NCBI GenBank assembly: GCA_963798085.1
Contig: CAWCRS010000005.1
Location: 32,001 to 96,000 of the forward strand
From: an uncultured Gemmatimonadales bacterium
GTDB lineage: Bacteria; Gemmatimonadota; Gemmatimonadetes; Longimicrobiales; RSA9
Direction: 5' to 3'
Length of the DNA stretch: 64,000 bases
Shown piece by piece: positions 53,801 to 64,000 of this stretch. Below the pieces are notes generated by a model. The model made no database searches. It worked only from the letters and a program-made list of their open reading frames with translations, and had not been told where the DNA came from. A program made the translations under genes and the position numbers. Positions within the stretch are counted from its first letter, which is position 1. Every line of letters starts with the position of its first letter.

Positions 53801-55856
53801 CGCCTGCGGGCGCCACGGCCGCCGCCACGTTGGTGATGGAGCCGCTGGCCGGCGCGAGCACGCGCACCGTGAAGCTGACCGAGCCGCCTGCGCCCAGACT
53901 GGCAATGGTGGGCCAGGTGAGCACGTTGCCCGCCAGCACGGGGCCGCCTGTGGCATCCACGAACGCGGCGTTAGTGGGCAGTGTGTCGGTGACCACCACG
54001 CTCCCCGCAGCGCTCGTGCCGGCATTGCTCACGTCGATGGTGAAGACCACCATGTCGCCGGCATTGACCACACCGGCATTGGCGCTCTTCTTCACCACCA
54101 GGTCGGCCGGGCTGATGTTGACGGTGGAGGCCGCGCGATTGTCCGCGCGGTTGCGCTCGAAGGTGGCGGTCACGGCCGCGCCCACGTTGGTGACGGCGCC
54201 GCTGCCGGGCGCCACCACGCGGATGGTGAACGAGAGCGAGCTGCCACTGGCCAGACTGGCGACAGCGGGCCAGGTCAGCACGTTGCCGGACCGCAGCGCG
54301 CCGCCCGTGGCGCTCACGAACGCCGCGTTAGCGGGCAGTGTGTCCGTCACGACCACCGCGGCCGCGCTGCTGGGACCCTGATTGCGCGTCTGCAGTGTGA
54401 AGTTGATCGTGTCGCCGGCCTTGACCAGCGGCGCCGACGCGGTCTTCGTGACCACCAGCTCGGCCCGCGCGTCGACCTTCGCCGTCGTCTGATCAGACCT
54501 CGCCTCGGCGCTGGCCGAGATGCCGGCGCTGCCCGTCCGGCGGCCGATGAGTCGTGCCTGCTGCGTGGTGGGACCCGTGCTCACCACCACGGCGACGGAC
54601 GTGTCCGTGCTCTGCCACGTGACCACGCGGTTGTTGAGCGTGACCCCGTTGGCATCCTTCAGCACCGCGGAGAGCAGCAGCGTGTCCGCCACGAACAGGC
54701 TGGGATTGGCCGGCGTGATGGCCACCGAAGAAATGGGCTGCTGCACCACAAAGACCGTGGCATTCCCGGTCTTGCCGCCGGCGGCGGCCGTGATCGTGGC
54801 CGTGCCCACACTGCGCGCGGTCACCAGACCCGCAGTATCCACCGACGCGATGTTCGGCTGGGCGCTCGTCCAGGTGATATGCGTCTGCACAATGCTGCCA
54901 TCGGACGCGTGTACGATGGCCTGCAGCGGAATCGTGTTCGATACTGCGACGGTGGAGGACTGCGGCGAGATCTCGACGCTGGCAATGGTAGCTGCGGCGA
55001 CGCTGATCGCGGCCAGGCCGCTGATGCCATCCACCGTGGCGCGGATGTTCGCGCTGCCGACGCCCGCGGCGCGCACCTTGCCCCCGCCGTCCACGGTCGC
55101 AACGGCCGAGTTGTCGGTGGTCCACGTGGCCTGACGACCGGGAATGACAGTGCCGTTCGCGGCCTTCGCGACGAACTGCAGACGCAGCGTGTCGCCGACG
55201 CCTAGGTTCGCGGAGGGCGGCTGCACCTCGACGGACGCCACGGTCAGCAAGGCAGCGGTCACGCTCACCGTGGCCTGCCCGTTGACGCCGTCGACGGTGG
55301 CGCGAATGACGATGGGACCGGCCGCAAGAGCCAGTGCGTGTACCCAGCCGTCCTGCCGCACGCTCACCACGCCCGGATCACTGGAGGTCCAGACGACCAC
55401 CTTGCCGCCCACGACAGAGCCGTCGCCGGCCTTGGCTGTGGCGGTGAATTGCGCCGAATCGCCGACCGTGATGGAGCGTGCCGGCGGCTGCACATCAACG
55501 GAAGCGACGGGCTTCTGGTCCACGCCAATGGTGGCCGAGCCCGTGTGACCGTCGACCGAAGCGGTAATGTGAGCCGTGCCGGGCGCCTGGGCGGTCACCT
55601 GCCCGTCAGAACTGACGGAAGCGATCGCGGTGGCGTCCGAGCTCCAGGTTACGTTGCGGATCAGCTGGTGGCCCTGCGAGTCCTGCACGTGCGCGGTCAG
55701 CCCCATCTTCTGGCCGACGACCAGCTGGGCCGAGGCGGGGTCGACCTCGACGGAGAAGACTTCTGCCGCGGTAACGGAGACTTCCTTGCAGGCCGAAAGG
55801 CCGGCAAGCACCGCGGTGGCGACGATTCCTGTCGCCCGTCGGATCGAGGATTTCAT
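50888..55856 (-). CDS. Large surface lipoprotein/adhesin with 5 Big_2 Ig-like domains and 10 DUF11 repeats (about 1650 aa); frameshift near 53330
   Basis: Lipobox LSAC; VTWSSD..IASV Big_2 repeats; ADLxVxK..GD.I.YTI.V.N.GPS..D.LP repeats. Confidence 0.88.
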
Positions 55857-55867
55857 GACCTGCTCCG

Positions 55868-56924
55868 TCAGCGGAAACGAACGCGCAGTATGTCGATTCG
55901 CACCGCGGTTCCGTCCGCGACCAGGGCTGGCCCTGCCAGGTGCGCCTCTCTGCTCCCCCCACCCGACGACCCCGTACTCGAGGCCGCTTCACCATTGGCC
56001 CGCCTCGCCGCCAGCAGCCCATCAATGGCGCTCAGCAGCGTGACACCCGCCGCCGCGGCGACACCCGTGGCGAGGTACGGCCGCCTGGTCTTCCGGGAAA
56101 GCACATCTTCCGCCGGACAGGCGTTGTTGACCACCACAATGCGGCAGTTGACATCCTGCTGCTCGTTGAAATAGCCCGCGGCCACCGCACCGCCCGCAGC
56201 CAGCAGGGCCACCGCGCCACGGACGCCGTGACCCGTGTACATCTGACCCAGGCCCGGTACCACCAGGCCGAGCGCGAACGCGGTGCCCGGGTTCTTCAGC
56301 CGGGTCGGCGCAGAGTTGCTGCTGCGTCTCGGATGGGACCGGCCTGGCTACCGAATCCGGCGGCGGAACCGCAACCTGGGTTTCCTCCGCTTTCTGACGC
56401 GCTGGCTCATCGAGTGCGGCGATGCGGGACTGCGCCTGCGCGTCCTTCGGGTCCGCCGAAAGGATATTGCGCCAGCCGCGCAGGGCGGCGGTCACGTCGC
56501 CTCTGCCATCCGCCGCGAGCGCCGCGGCCCGCCATTCTCCTATGACCAGCGCCTTTGCCGCTTCGAACGCCTCGATCCGGCTGGGCGAATGTATCGTCGG
56601 GTCCAGCCGGATCGGTGGCTCGGTGCGCACCGCCCGGCCGAATGCGTCATTGGCCTGCTGGCGGTCCCCCAGCGCGAAGTATGCCAGCCCGAGGTAGAGG
56701 CTGCGCACGGCGGCGTCGTGGGGAGGCAGCAGCGGCGGCGCGGCCTTCAGCAGATCTACGGCACGCTGGATGTCCCCGGCGTCGTAGGCCGCAATCGCCT
56801 GCTTCAGATCTGGATTGTCTGTGGTCTGGGCCCCGAGGTGCGCGACGGTGCCGGTGAAAAGCGCTGCCGCCATGGCCACACACACGGATGCCCGCTTGAG
56901 AAGATGCTGGAGCTCGTGGATCAC
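55868..56924 (-). CDS. Secreted TPR-like protein with C-terminal membrane segments (DUF5683/TM2-like); frameshift near 56300-56345
   Basis: Signal peptide, YLGLAYFALGD TPR helix pair, KNPGTAFALGLVVPGLGQMYTG. Confidence 0.7.
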
Positions 56925-57299
56925 AACACCAGTCCTGCTGCCAATTTAAGAGACTTACCCGAACAACGGACTCAAGGGCGGGAACGACCGCTCTTTTTCG
57001 CGTAGCCCGGAACGGATGCGGGCCGCGGCAACTGTCCCCGCGACCCGCCGTTCCACCTGAACAACCTAGACCGCTTCGCATGTGCGGGCAACTGCGCGCG
57101 TGCCCGCACGCGGTCTCAAACGTCATCTCGTCAGCTGCGGCGGTATCGGGACATGCCCTGCCCGACCTCGAAGCGAAAACCGCCGCGAAGACCGGTCAGG
57201 TCATTGAGCACGACCTGTTATGGGCGACACTGGCGCGTGAGTGCACGCAACGCGGCGGGCCGCGGATTCGTTCGAAGAAGGACGCCGCCTGGCGGCTCG

Positions 57300-57316
57300 T
57301 CGGCACGCCGCTTGCG
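57300..57316 (+). promoter_or_regulatory. Sigma-54 (-24/-12) promoter
   Basis: TCGGCACGCCGCTTGCG (GG-N10-GC) just upstream of the YihY-family gene. Confidence 0.55.
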
Positions 57317-57331
57317 CCCCTTTTCAGTCTG

Positions 57332-58372
57332 ATGCACGCGATCGGGCCGAATGAGAATCAGCCTGCCAGACGCGCCGCTGTGCATGTCGAGCAACCAGTC
57401 GGGCAGCCGCGCGCAGGGGGAAGAACCGCCACACGGCACGGGCCCGTGCGCGGCGTTGTCGCCTTCGCGGAGCGTGTGATCAGGGAGTTCATGGCCGACG
57501 ATTGCCCGCGCATGGCCGCGGCGCTCTCCTTCTACACGATTTTCTCGCTGCCGCCGCTGCTGGCTCTGCTGATGCTGCTGGTGGGATCCTTCGTCGACCC
57601 AATGCGGCTGCAGACGCGGCTCTCCCAACAGGTGGGCCTGCTCGTCGGGCCACGCGGCGCGGCACAGATCATTGCACTCATCCGCAGTGCCGCCCAGCCC
57701 GCGCTGAGCGGGCCCACTGCCATCCTCGGCATTGTCGCACTTCTGTTCGGTGCCACAGGCGCATTCGTCCAGCTGCAAGGCGCGCTCAACTACGCATGGC
57801 AGGTCGCACCCGATCCCAGGCGAGGCAATGTGAAGGTCTTTCTGGTCAAGCGATTGGTTTCCGTCGCCATGATCGTGGTGGTGAGCTTCCTGCTGCTCGT
57901 TTCGCTGGTGATCAGCGCGCTGCTCGCCGGTTTCGGCGGCCGGCTCACGCGCTACCTGCCGGTCAGTCTCTCTGCGGCGTCACTGCCGATTCTCGATGCC
58001 GTTGTATCTCTGGTCGTCATCGCATTGCTCTTCGCGCTCATCTTTCACCTGGTGCCGGACGCGGTCGTGAAATGGCGGCATGCACTGGCGGGCGGCATCT
58101 TCACCGGACTGCTCTTCACGGCTGGCAAGCTGCTGATCGGCTACTATCTGGGTCGCAGCGATCCCGGCAATGCCTACGGTGCCGCCGGATCCCTGGCCGT
58201 ATCGCTGCTCTGGATCTATTACAGCGCGATGATCCTCCTGCTGGGTGCGGAGTTCACCGAAGTCTGGGCGCGCGTGCGTGGCCAGCCCGTGATCCCCGAG
58301 CGCGGCGCCGTGTTCGTGTCGCGCAAGGTGGTGCCGCAGGAGCACGTCACTTCGCCCGCAGCCGGCCGCTGA
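57332..58372 (+). CDS. YihY/virulence factor BrkB-family membrane protein
   Basis: AAALSFYTIFSLPPLL, YGAAGSL..LLWIYYSAMILLLGAE; start uncertain. Confidence 0.9.
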   Translation: MHAIGPNENQPARRAAVHVEQPVGQPRAGGRTATRHGPVRGVVAFAERVIREFMADDCPRMAAALSFYTIFSLPPLLALLMLLVGSFVDPMRLQTRLSQQVGLLVGPRGAAQIIALIRSAAQPALSGPTAILGIVALLFGATGAFVQLQGALNYAWQVAPDPRRGNVKVFLVKRLVSVAMIVVVSFLLLVSLVISALLAGFGGRLTRYLPVSLSAASLPILDAVVSLVVIALLFALIFHLVPDAVVKWRHALAGGIFTGLLFTAGKLLIGYYLGRSDPGNAYGAAGSLAVSLLWIYYSAMILLLGAEFTEVWARVRGQPVIPERGAVFVSRKVVPQEHVTSPAAGR

Positions 58373-58545
58373 AGACCCGACACCCTTTTAACCCAAAGTT
58401 AGCATGACGGAGCGGCCGCTCTGACCCGAGGGCACCCATGGCTGCATAAGACCTCGCCGTGCCGGCGCCGCTCCACGGAAAACGAGCGGACCGGCATGGC
58501 GAGGCCCGAGTCGGACGGCGGCTGCCCGGGGTCGGCCCCGGCGCA

Positions 58546-59322
58546 TTACTTCGCCGTGAACGTAATGGGGAGTGAAACCCAGACCGATACCTTGCGCTCG
58601 CGATTCAGTGCCGGTGAGAAGCGCATGATATCGGCGATCTTCAGTGCCGCCGCATCAAGCCCCGGATAGCCACTGGACTTGTCGATCTGGCGCTTCCGCA
58701 CGCGACCCTGCTCATCAATGAAGAACCACACCTGCACGCTGCCGCCAATGCCCGCGTCGCGAAGGAGCGGCGGATAGTCGCGTATCAGGGCGTTCACCAC
58801 TTCGTCCTGATTCAGGATGCGAGGGGCCACGGTCATGGGTGTGAAGTGGGGTGCGCTGTTCACGCCCAGCTCCGTGCCTTCCGCACCCTTCATGACGGGC
58901 TTGCCGGCTCCCGTCCCGCCCCTGACGCCTTCGCCCGTGTAGTCCGACGGCTTGAAGACAACACCCGGGTTGGGCGGCGGAATCACGGTGGGCACGATGT
59001 CCGGAATGGCGATGGTCTGGAACCCCCTGGGGATGTCGGGCGTCGCTGCCGGCGGGGCCACGTCCTTCGGGGTGGGCGGTGGCGGCGGCAGCAGCGTCTG
59101 CTTCGGGATCTCGACAACCGTGTATTGCTCGGGATCCGGCACTTTCGCGTCCGCGACCGCGCGCGTGGCATAGAGCACCGCGCCAATGGCTGCGGCGTGC
59201 GCCAGTACCGACACGGTGCTGGCGGCCAGTGATCCGCGTGCCCCGCGCTTCGGGCGGCTGGCGAGCAGTCGCGAGAAGGGCGCCTCGTCCGCGTTCTGTA
59301 TGCGCGTGAGCTTGCGAGCCAT
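58546..59322 (-). CDS. TonB-family energy transducer
   Basis: TM with SVLAH, Pro-rich linker, YPPLLRDAGIGGSV, SSGYPGLDAAA, FSPA. Confidence 0.88.
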   Translation of the reverse strand: MARKLTRIQNADEAPFSRLLASRPKRGARGSLAASTVSVLAHAAAIGAVLYATRAVADAKVPDPEQYTVVEIPKQTLLPPPPPTPKDVAPPAATPDIPRGFQTIAIPDIVPTVIPPPNPGVVFKPSDYTGEGVRGGTGAGKPVMKGAEGTELGVNSAPHFTPMTVAPRILNQDEVVNALIRDYPPLLRDAGIGGSVQVWFFIDEQGRVRKRQIDKSSGYPGLDAAALKIADIMRFSPALNRERKVSVWVSLPITFTAK

Positions 59323-59649
59323 GCTTCCTCCCTGCGCTTCGACTCCTGACCGGGAGTCCCGGCCCCGCGACCCACCGTATTCCGCGTCGTGCGGCGACGG
59401 CGGCGGGCGGGGTCAATGCCTCTGTTCCGTATGACGGCATACGCAGTGAGACTTGCACACGGCACCCGCAGCAAGGGCTGGGGGGAGCCGGCAGCGGGAG
59501 GCGGCATTGTCGCCGGCTCTGACATGAGCCCGCGGTTGCCACCGTTCAGCGGCCCGCGCCGTCGTTTCGTCGACTGGCCATTCCCGCGTGCGCGGCGCCG
59601 GCGCTTCCTTGGGCGCGCCGTTGCCGTGTTGCGCCGTCCACGGAGACAG

Positions 59650-60865
59650 AATGAAGCCCGGCACTCGCGTGCGCGCATCACGGACCAGGGCTGGTTCGTC
59701 GAGGTGCGCCTTCCGTTCTCCAGCCTGGGATTCCAGGTGATCAACGGAGAGGCCGTCATGGGGCTGACGGTCACCCGTCTGATCGCGCCCACGAACGAGC
59801 GCGTCACGTTCTCGCCCGAGTTGACGCTGGATGCCACGGCTAACACGGATTTCGCACAGGTGGAAGCGGACGACCAGCAGATCAACCTGGACCGCTTCCA
59901 CCGTAACTTGGCGTTTGGGACCGATGCGACCCTTCGCATGTCCGGCAACGACTACCTCCAGACGGGGCTGGCACAGTCGCTGGATGACGCCGATGGCGAC
60001 AGTACGCGCATCGAGGACCGCTCGCAGGTCTACCTGCGCTGGCAGCGGCGCACCACGCGCGGGTGGTACTACGACCTGAACACGACGCACGCGGGACCCG
60101 CCTACCGGCCCGGACTGGGATTCCTCGCGCGCCAGAAACTTCACCAGCGCGAACATCGTGTCCGACTACTACTTCTTCACCGACAGCAGCGCCTGTTTCC
60201 GGCGCGTGTGGCCGGGCGGTCTGGCGTTCTCGACGTTCCGCAACACGGATGGTGCGCTGGAGTCGGGGCAGTACGCGCTGTGGCTCGAGTGGGAAACCAA
60301 GGCAGGCGGCACCGGCTGGATCGAGCCGAAGCGCTTTCACGAAAACGTGCTGACACGGTTCACCATTGGTGATGCCGAGATTCCCGCAGGCCGCTACGAT
60401 TTTGCGGACCTGCAGCTCTACTTCGGCATGCCGTCCGGCAGGCGGCTGCGCACGACGGTGGACTGCCGTGCGGGCACGTATTTCGACGGTACGCGCGCGC
60501 AGGTCATCCTCACGCCCACGTGGAACGTGTCGCCGTACCTCGAGCTGGGCGGCGACTATCAGCTCAGCCGGCTGCGCTTCCCCGATCGCCATCAATCGAC
60601 GAACGTGCAGCTGGCCCGGCTGCGCGTGCGCGCCGCCCTCGATGCGCGCACGTCAGGCAACGCGCTGGTGCCGTACAACTCGACGACGAACCAGCTCGAG
60701 CAGAACCTGCGGCTGCGCCACGCCTTCGCCGAAGGCACCGACCTCTGGCTGGTCTATAACGAAGGGTTGGACACCGATCGCGCGCTGCTTGATCCGGGCA
60801 TCCGGCCACCGCTCTCCAGCTCGCGCGCCGTGTACCTGAAGTACACGCACACATTCAGGTTCTGA
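59650..60865 (+). pseudogene. Remnant of a CBM9-like/DUF5916 outer-membrane protein (5'-truncated, internal deletions, frameshift near 60135)
   Basis: ARITDQGWFVEVRLPFSSL, LTLDATANTDFAQVEADDQQINLDRF and GTDLWLVYNE..YLKYTHTFRF are present; no signal peptide or start, and motifs are abnormally close together. Confidence 0.6.
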
Positions 60866-61159
60866 CGCAGCTGACAGCGTGTCAGCTTACAGCAGGCTTA
60901 CATTCGGTCCGCCACACGCCTGCCTGCCTTTCCGGCGTCCCCATGGCAGGGCAGATCGCGTCCACGCGATGGGACGGCGGCAGCGCAGCGCAACGGGCAC
61001 GTCCCCCCGCGCAGGCAGGCGATCTCTGCAGCACGGCATATGCAGTTAGTGGAGCTGGCTGTGAGCAGAGAGCGGAAGTGCCGCTCACCGGCTCGCAGCG
61101 AAGCCAGCGTACCATCGCGTACGACACAGGGATCTTGTGATGATCCGGAAGAAGGAACC

Positions 61160-61828
61160 ATGCAGTCGCTACTCACTGCGCTCGCGGTCGTGACCGCGAC
61201 GCACAGCCCCGTTGTAATCACTCCGGCTTCAGCCGCGAAGCCCGCCCGTCCTCCTGCCGTCAGCAGTGCCACCGTCACCGTCGAAAACGATCGCAATGTC
61301 GCCATGACCGTTTTTCTCGAGCAGGGCAATTTCAATGTGAAGCTGGGCAGCATCGCGCCGGACCAGACGGCCACCTGGCAGCTGCCGTCCTGGGTTTCCA
61401 ACTATGATGAGTCGGTGCAGTTCTATCTCGAGCCGCGCAAGGGCACGTCGCTGGAGTCGCAGGAACTCCAGATGCAGCCGGGCGCGCACATCGGCCTGCT
61501 GGTGCCGCCCGGAAACGGGCTCGCGGATGTCACGCCGCGCATGACGGCCGTGCTCTCACCTGCGGACGAAGCCGCTACAACCGTGACGGTGCAGAACGAC
61601 AAGCCGGGCCCGATCGCGGTCGACCTCGAGCAGGGCGACTTCGACATTCGTCTCGGGTCCGTACCTGCGCGCAGCATGCAGACGCTGCGTGTGCCGCAAT
61701 GGATGGTGTTGAACGGAGGCCTGGTGCAGGTGTTCCTGCACACGCGTGCGGGCGATGATCTGTCCAGCTCGACGTTCGAGCTGCACGACGGCGCCCACTA
61801 CGGCGTGCAGGTACCGACGCGCAGCTGA
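61160..61828 (+). CDS. Secreted hypothetical protein with two tandem beta-rich domains
   Basis: AAGGA RBS; repeats TVTVEND..LEQG.F..KLGS..GAHIG and TVTVQND..LEQG.F..RLGS..GAHYG. Confidence 0.75.
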   Translation: MQSLLTALAVVTATHSPVVITPASAAKPARPPAVSSATVTVENDRNVAMTVFLEQGNFNVKLGSIAPDQTATWQLPSWVSNYDESVQFYLEPRKGTSLESQELQMQPGAHIGLLVPPGNGLADVTPRMTAVLSPADEAATTVTVQNDKPGPIAVDLEQGDFDIRLGSVPARSMQTLRVPQWMVLNGGLVQVFLHTRAGDDLSSSTFELHDGAHYGVQVPTRS

Positions 61829-61906
61829 GGCGGCGTCGCCTTCAGTGCGTGCTGCGGCCATGAGCGCGCCGAAGCGGGGTCGGCAAGGCCCTGCCTCGGC
61901 GCGCGC

Positions 61907-62869
61907 TCATTGCGGGAACGGCTTGCCGCTCACCACTGCGAGCCAGGCGCGGGCCACGCGCTCGGTGGGCAGCCAGACGGCAGTCGCGGTGCCGGTCTTG
62001 TCGCCAGCCGCGGGCCTGATGGCCAGCGCATCGAGGTCACCCAGCCAGCCGCTGGTTTCGCTCAAGGGCCTGAGGGTCGCCGACGACGCCCCGTCCTCGG
62101 CGGCGAGGCGCAAGGCGAGGACGTCTTCGAAGAAGGTGGCACCCAGATCACGCGAGCGGCCCACGACGTGCGCGAGGCCGGGCTCTTCGGTGAGCGCCCA
62201 GAGCGCACCGCCACGGCGGTTCACCGCGAACAGGCCGGTTATGATGTCGATGCGCGACTTCAGGTCCTTCTCGCCAATGAACAGGAGACCGGGCACGTTG
62301 CGCGCCGCGCGTGACGCCAGCGCCGTGTAGTAGATGCCACCCTTGTTCACCACGAACGCGATCACGCGCTCCGGCTTCCAGGCCGTGAACTCGTAGTCGA
62401 ATTCGCCGCCGGCTGACATGCCCCAGAGCATGAGCGGCGCGCCCGCCAGCTCGGGATGCTTTGCCTCACCTGCAAGCAGGGAAAGCGCATCGAGCAGCGC
62501 CTGGCCGCTGCCCTGCCCCACGTTCACGTAATCCTCGATGAATCCCTGCTCGTGCGGCTTGTCCGTGAAGCGGCAGCCCAGCAACGCCGTGTTATGGCGC
62601 ACCGCGAAGGCCCGCCAGACGGAGTCGTCGACCATGGCGCGGCCATCGCCGTTCGAGCCGGGCACCAGCACGACCACCGCCTGCAACGCCGTCGCCGAGG
62701 CTGGATACCACAGGCGGAACTCGGCCTTGTCGTAGTTGGCGCCGGGCGCCACCGCCGTCTCCAGCGTCGCACCCGCGGGCGACTGCGCGGTCAATCCCGC
62801 GGCGCCGTACGCCGCCACGATGAGGGCGACCGACAGCGCGCGTAATCCGGTGTTGCGGCTCCCAGTCAT
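61907..62869 (-). CDS. Secreted alpha/beta-hydrolase
   Basis: Signal peptide, WGMSAGG nucleophile elbow, GEKD, PGLAH. Confidence 0.75.
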   Translation of the reverse strand: MTGSRNTGLRALSVALIVAAYGAAGLTAQSPAGATLETAVAPGANYDKAEFRLWYPASATALQAVVVLVPGSNGDGRAMVDDSVWRAFAVRHNTALLGCRFTDKPHEQGFIEDYVNVGQGSGQALLDALSLLAGEAKHPELAGAPLMLWGMSAGGEFDYEFTAWKPERVIAFVVNKGGIYYTALASRAARNVPGLLFIGEKDLKSRIDIITGLFAVNRRGGALWALTEEPGLAHVVGRSRDLGATFFEDVLALRLAAEDGASSATLRPLSETSGWLGDLDALAIRPAAGDKTGTATAVWLPTERVARAWLAVVSGKPFPQ

Positions 62870-62900
62870 GGCTCCATCCGGTTGGGATGCAGACGACGGC

Positions 62901-64000
62901 TCAGCGGATCAGGTCCAGCGCGGCCGCCTGCATGCGCTGATTCGCGCGGCTGGCAGGCGACGCCGTGTTGGTGGTGTTGAAGGCCGCGATCACCGCAGCC
63001 GAAGTCGCGGGATTGAAGTAGAGGAACGCGCGAAACCCGGCCTGGCTGCCCGTGTGGCCCAGCAGACGCTTTCCACCCTGATCCAGAATGAAGAAGGAAA
63101 GGCCCATCCACTGATCGGGCGATGACCCGTTGCTCTGCGACATGGGCTGCACCGGCTTCCACATTTCCTCGAGCGATGAACGCTTGAGCACGGTGTCGTA
63201 CAGCTCGCGGCTGGAGCCGCGGATCACGACGTTGGTGAGGAAGGCGGTGTAGCGCACCAGGTCATCCAGTGGCGCATTCCAGCCACCATTCGGCGTGGTG
63301 ATGCCGGGGTCGAAGTCGGCGCCATTGTCGATCAGTGTCTCGTGGCCCGCCGAATCGCGGACAATGTAGTAGTTGTGCGAGCGGTGCGCGGCCAGCCAGT
63401 AGGGCGTGTTCCGGAAGTAGCTGTGATCCAGGTTCAGCGGCGCGAAGATGTTCTTCTGCACGTAGGCGTCCCAGGGGTCGCCCGAGAGCTGCTCGATGAT
63501 GCGCGCCAGGTAGATGAAGCCGGGGTTCGAGTAGCTGTAGCGCGTGCCGGGTTTGAAGTGCAATTCCTGATACGGCATCATGGCGACCAGCTGATTCCAC
63601 GTCGTCGGCTCGAACGGCTCCCAGGGCTTGTTCTCCTTGTACGGCCAGGTCGCGTTCTGGAAGCCGGCCGTGTGCGAGAGCAGCATGCGGATGGTGATGC
63701 TGTCCACCATGCCGAAGGGATCGTGCACCTGGCGCAGTTCAGGCACCCACTTCGTCACGGGGTCGTCGAGTGACAGGCGGCCGCGATCCCGCAGCTGCAT
63801 GATGCTGATGGCCGTGAGCGTCTTGGTGATCGAGCCCCAGTGGAAGATGGTCTGCGGATCGACCGGCACGTTGTGCGCGCGGTCGGCCTGCCCGGTCTCG
63901 AAATGCTGCAGGATGGCGCCGTTCTTCATGTAGACCACGCTGGCGCCCACCACGCGGTCGCTGTCCGTGTAGGCCTTGAAGGTGCGCGTGAACGCGGGCC
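62901..64000 (-). CDS. Serine hydrolase, beta-lactamase class C-like; 5' end outside the window
   Basis: SITK (SxxK), LLSHTAG, YSYSN, GHTGS. Confidence 0.9.
   Translation of the reverse strand, partial: PAFTRTFKAYTDSDRVVGASVVYMKNGAILQHFETGQADRAHNVPVDPQTIFHWGSITKTLTAISIMQLRDRGRLSLDDPVTKWVPELRQVHDPFGMVDSITIRMLLSHTAGFQNATWPYKENKPWEPFEPTTWNQLVAMMPYQELHFKPGTRYSYSNPGFIYLARIIEQLSGDPWDAYVQKNIFAPLNLDHSYFRNTPYWLAAHRSHNYYIVRDSAGHETLIDNGADFDPGITTPNGGWNAPLDDLVRYTAFLTNVVIRGSSRELYDTVLKRSSLEEMWKPVQPMSQSNGSSPDQWMGLSFFILDQGGKRLLGHTGSQAGFRAFLYFNPATSAAVIAAFNTTNTASPASRANQRMQAAALDLIR

Noticed and set aside
62901..64000. Antibiotic-resistance beta-lactamase
   Set aside because: SxxK/YxN/HTG serine hydrolases of this type are mostly peptidases or esterases, and there is no mobile context.

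Overview
This is a high-GC bacterial chromosomal segment with about 55 CDS and one tRNA-Ala(TGC). The SusC/SusD pair, PEP-CTERM protein, Gly/Arg-rich M14 peptidase, alpha2-type GlyRS and Big_2 lipoprotein suggest Gemmatimonadota (inference). No CRISPR array, integrase, transposase or rRNA was recognised. Many genes (susC, susD, NSS transporter, acnA, aminotransferase, a circularly permuted ATP-grasp, HerA-like ATPase, adhesin) carry small frameshifts that look like long-read consensus errors. The main candidate systems are: (1) an operon of two polyol-type Zn dehydrogenases, a cupin resembling the R. rubrum MTXu-5P methylsulfurylase and an HD hydrolase, possibly a RuBisCO-like-protein-independent MTA/isoprenoid shunt; (2) a seven-gene cluster with four amidoligases (three ATP-grasp, one GCS2), a gamma-glutamyl hydrolase and two esterases; (3) a TPR protein, a giant Big_2/DUF11 lipoprotein and a catalytically dead membrane pseudokinase with PEGA domains; (4) a stand-alone AT-hook protein that may be a nucleoid-associated protein; (5) a dispersed repeat whose inverted pair splits mlaE from mlaF. 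All family assignments come from motif recognition by eye; no searches were run.
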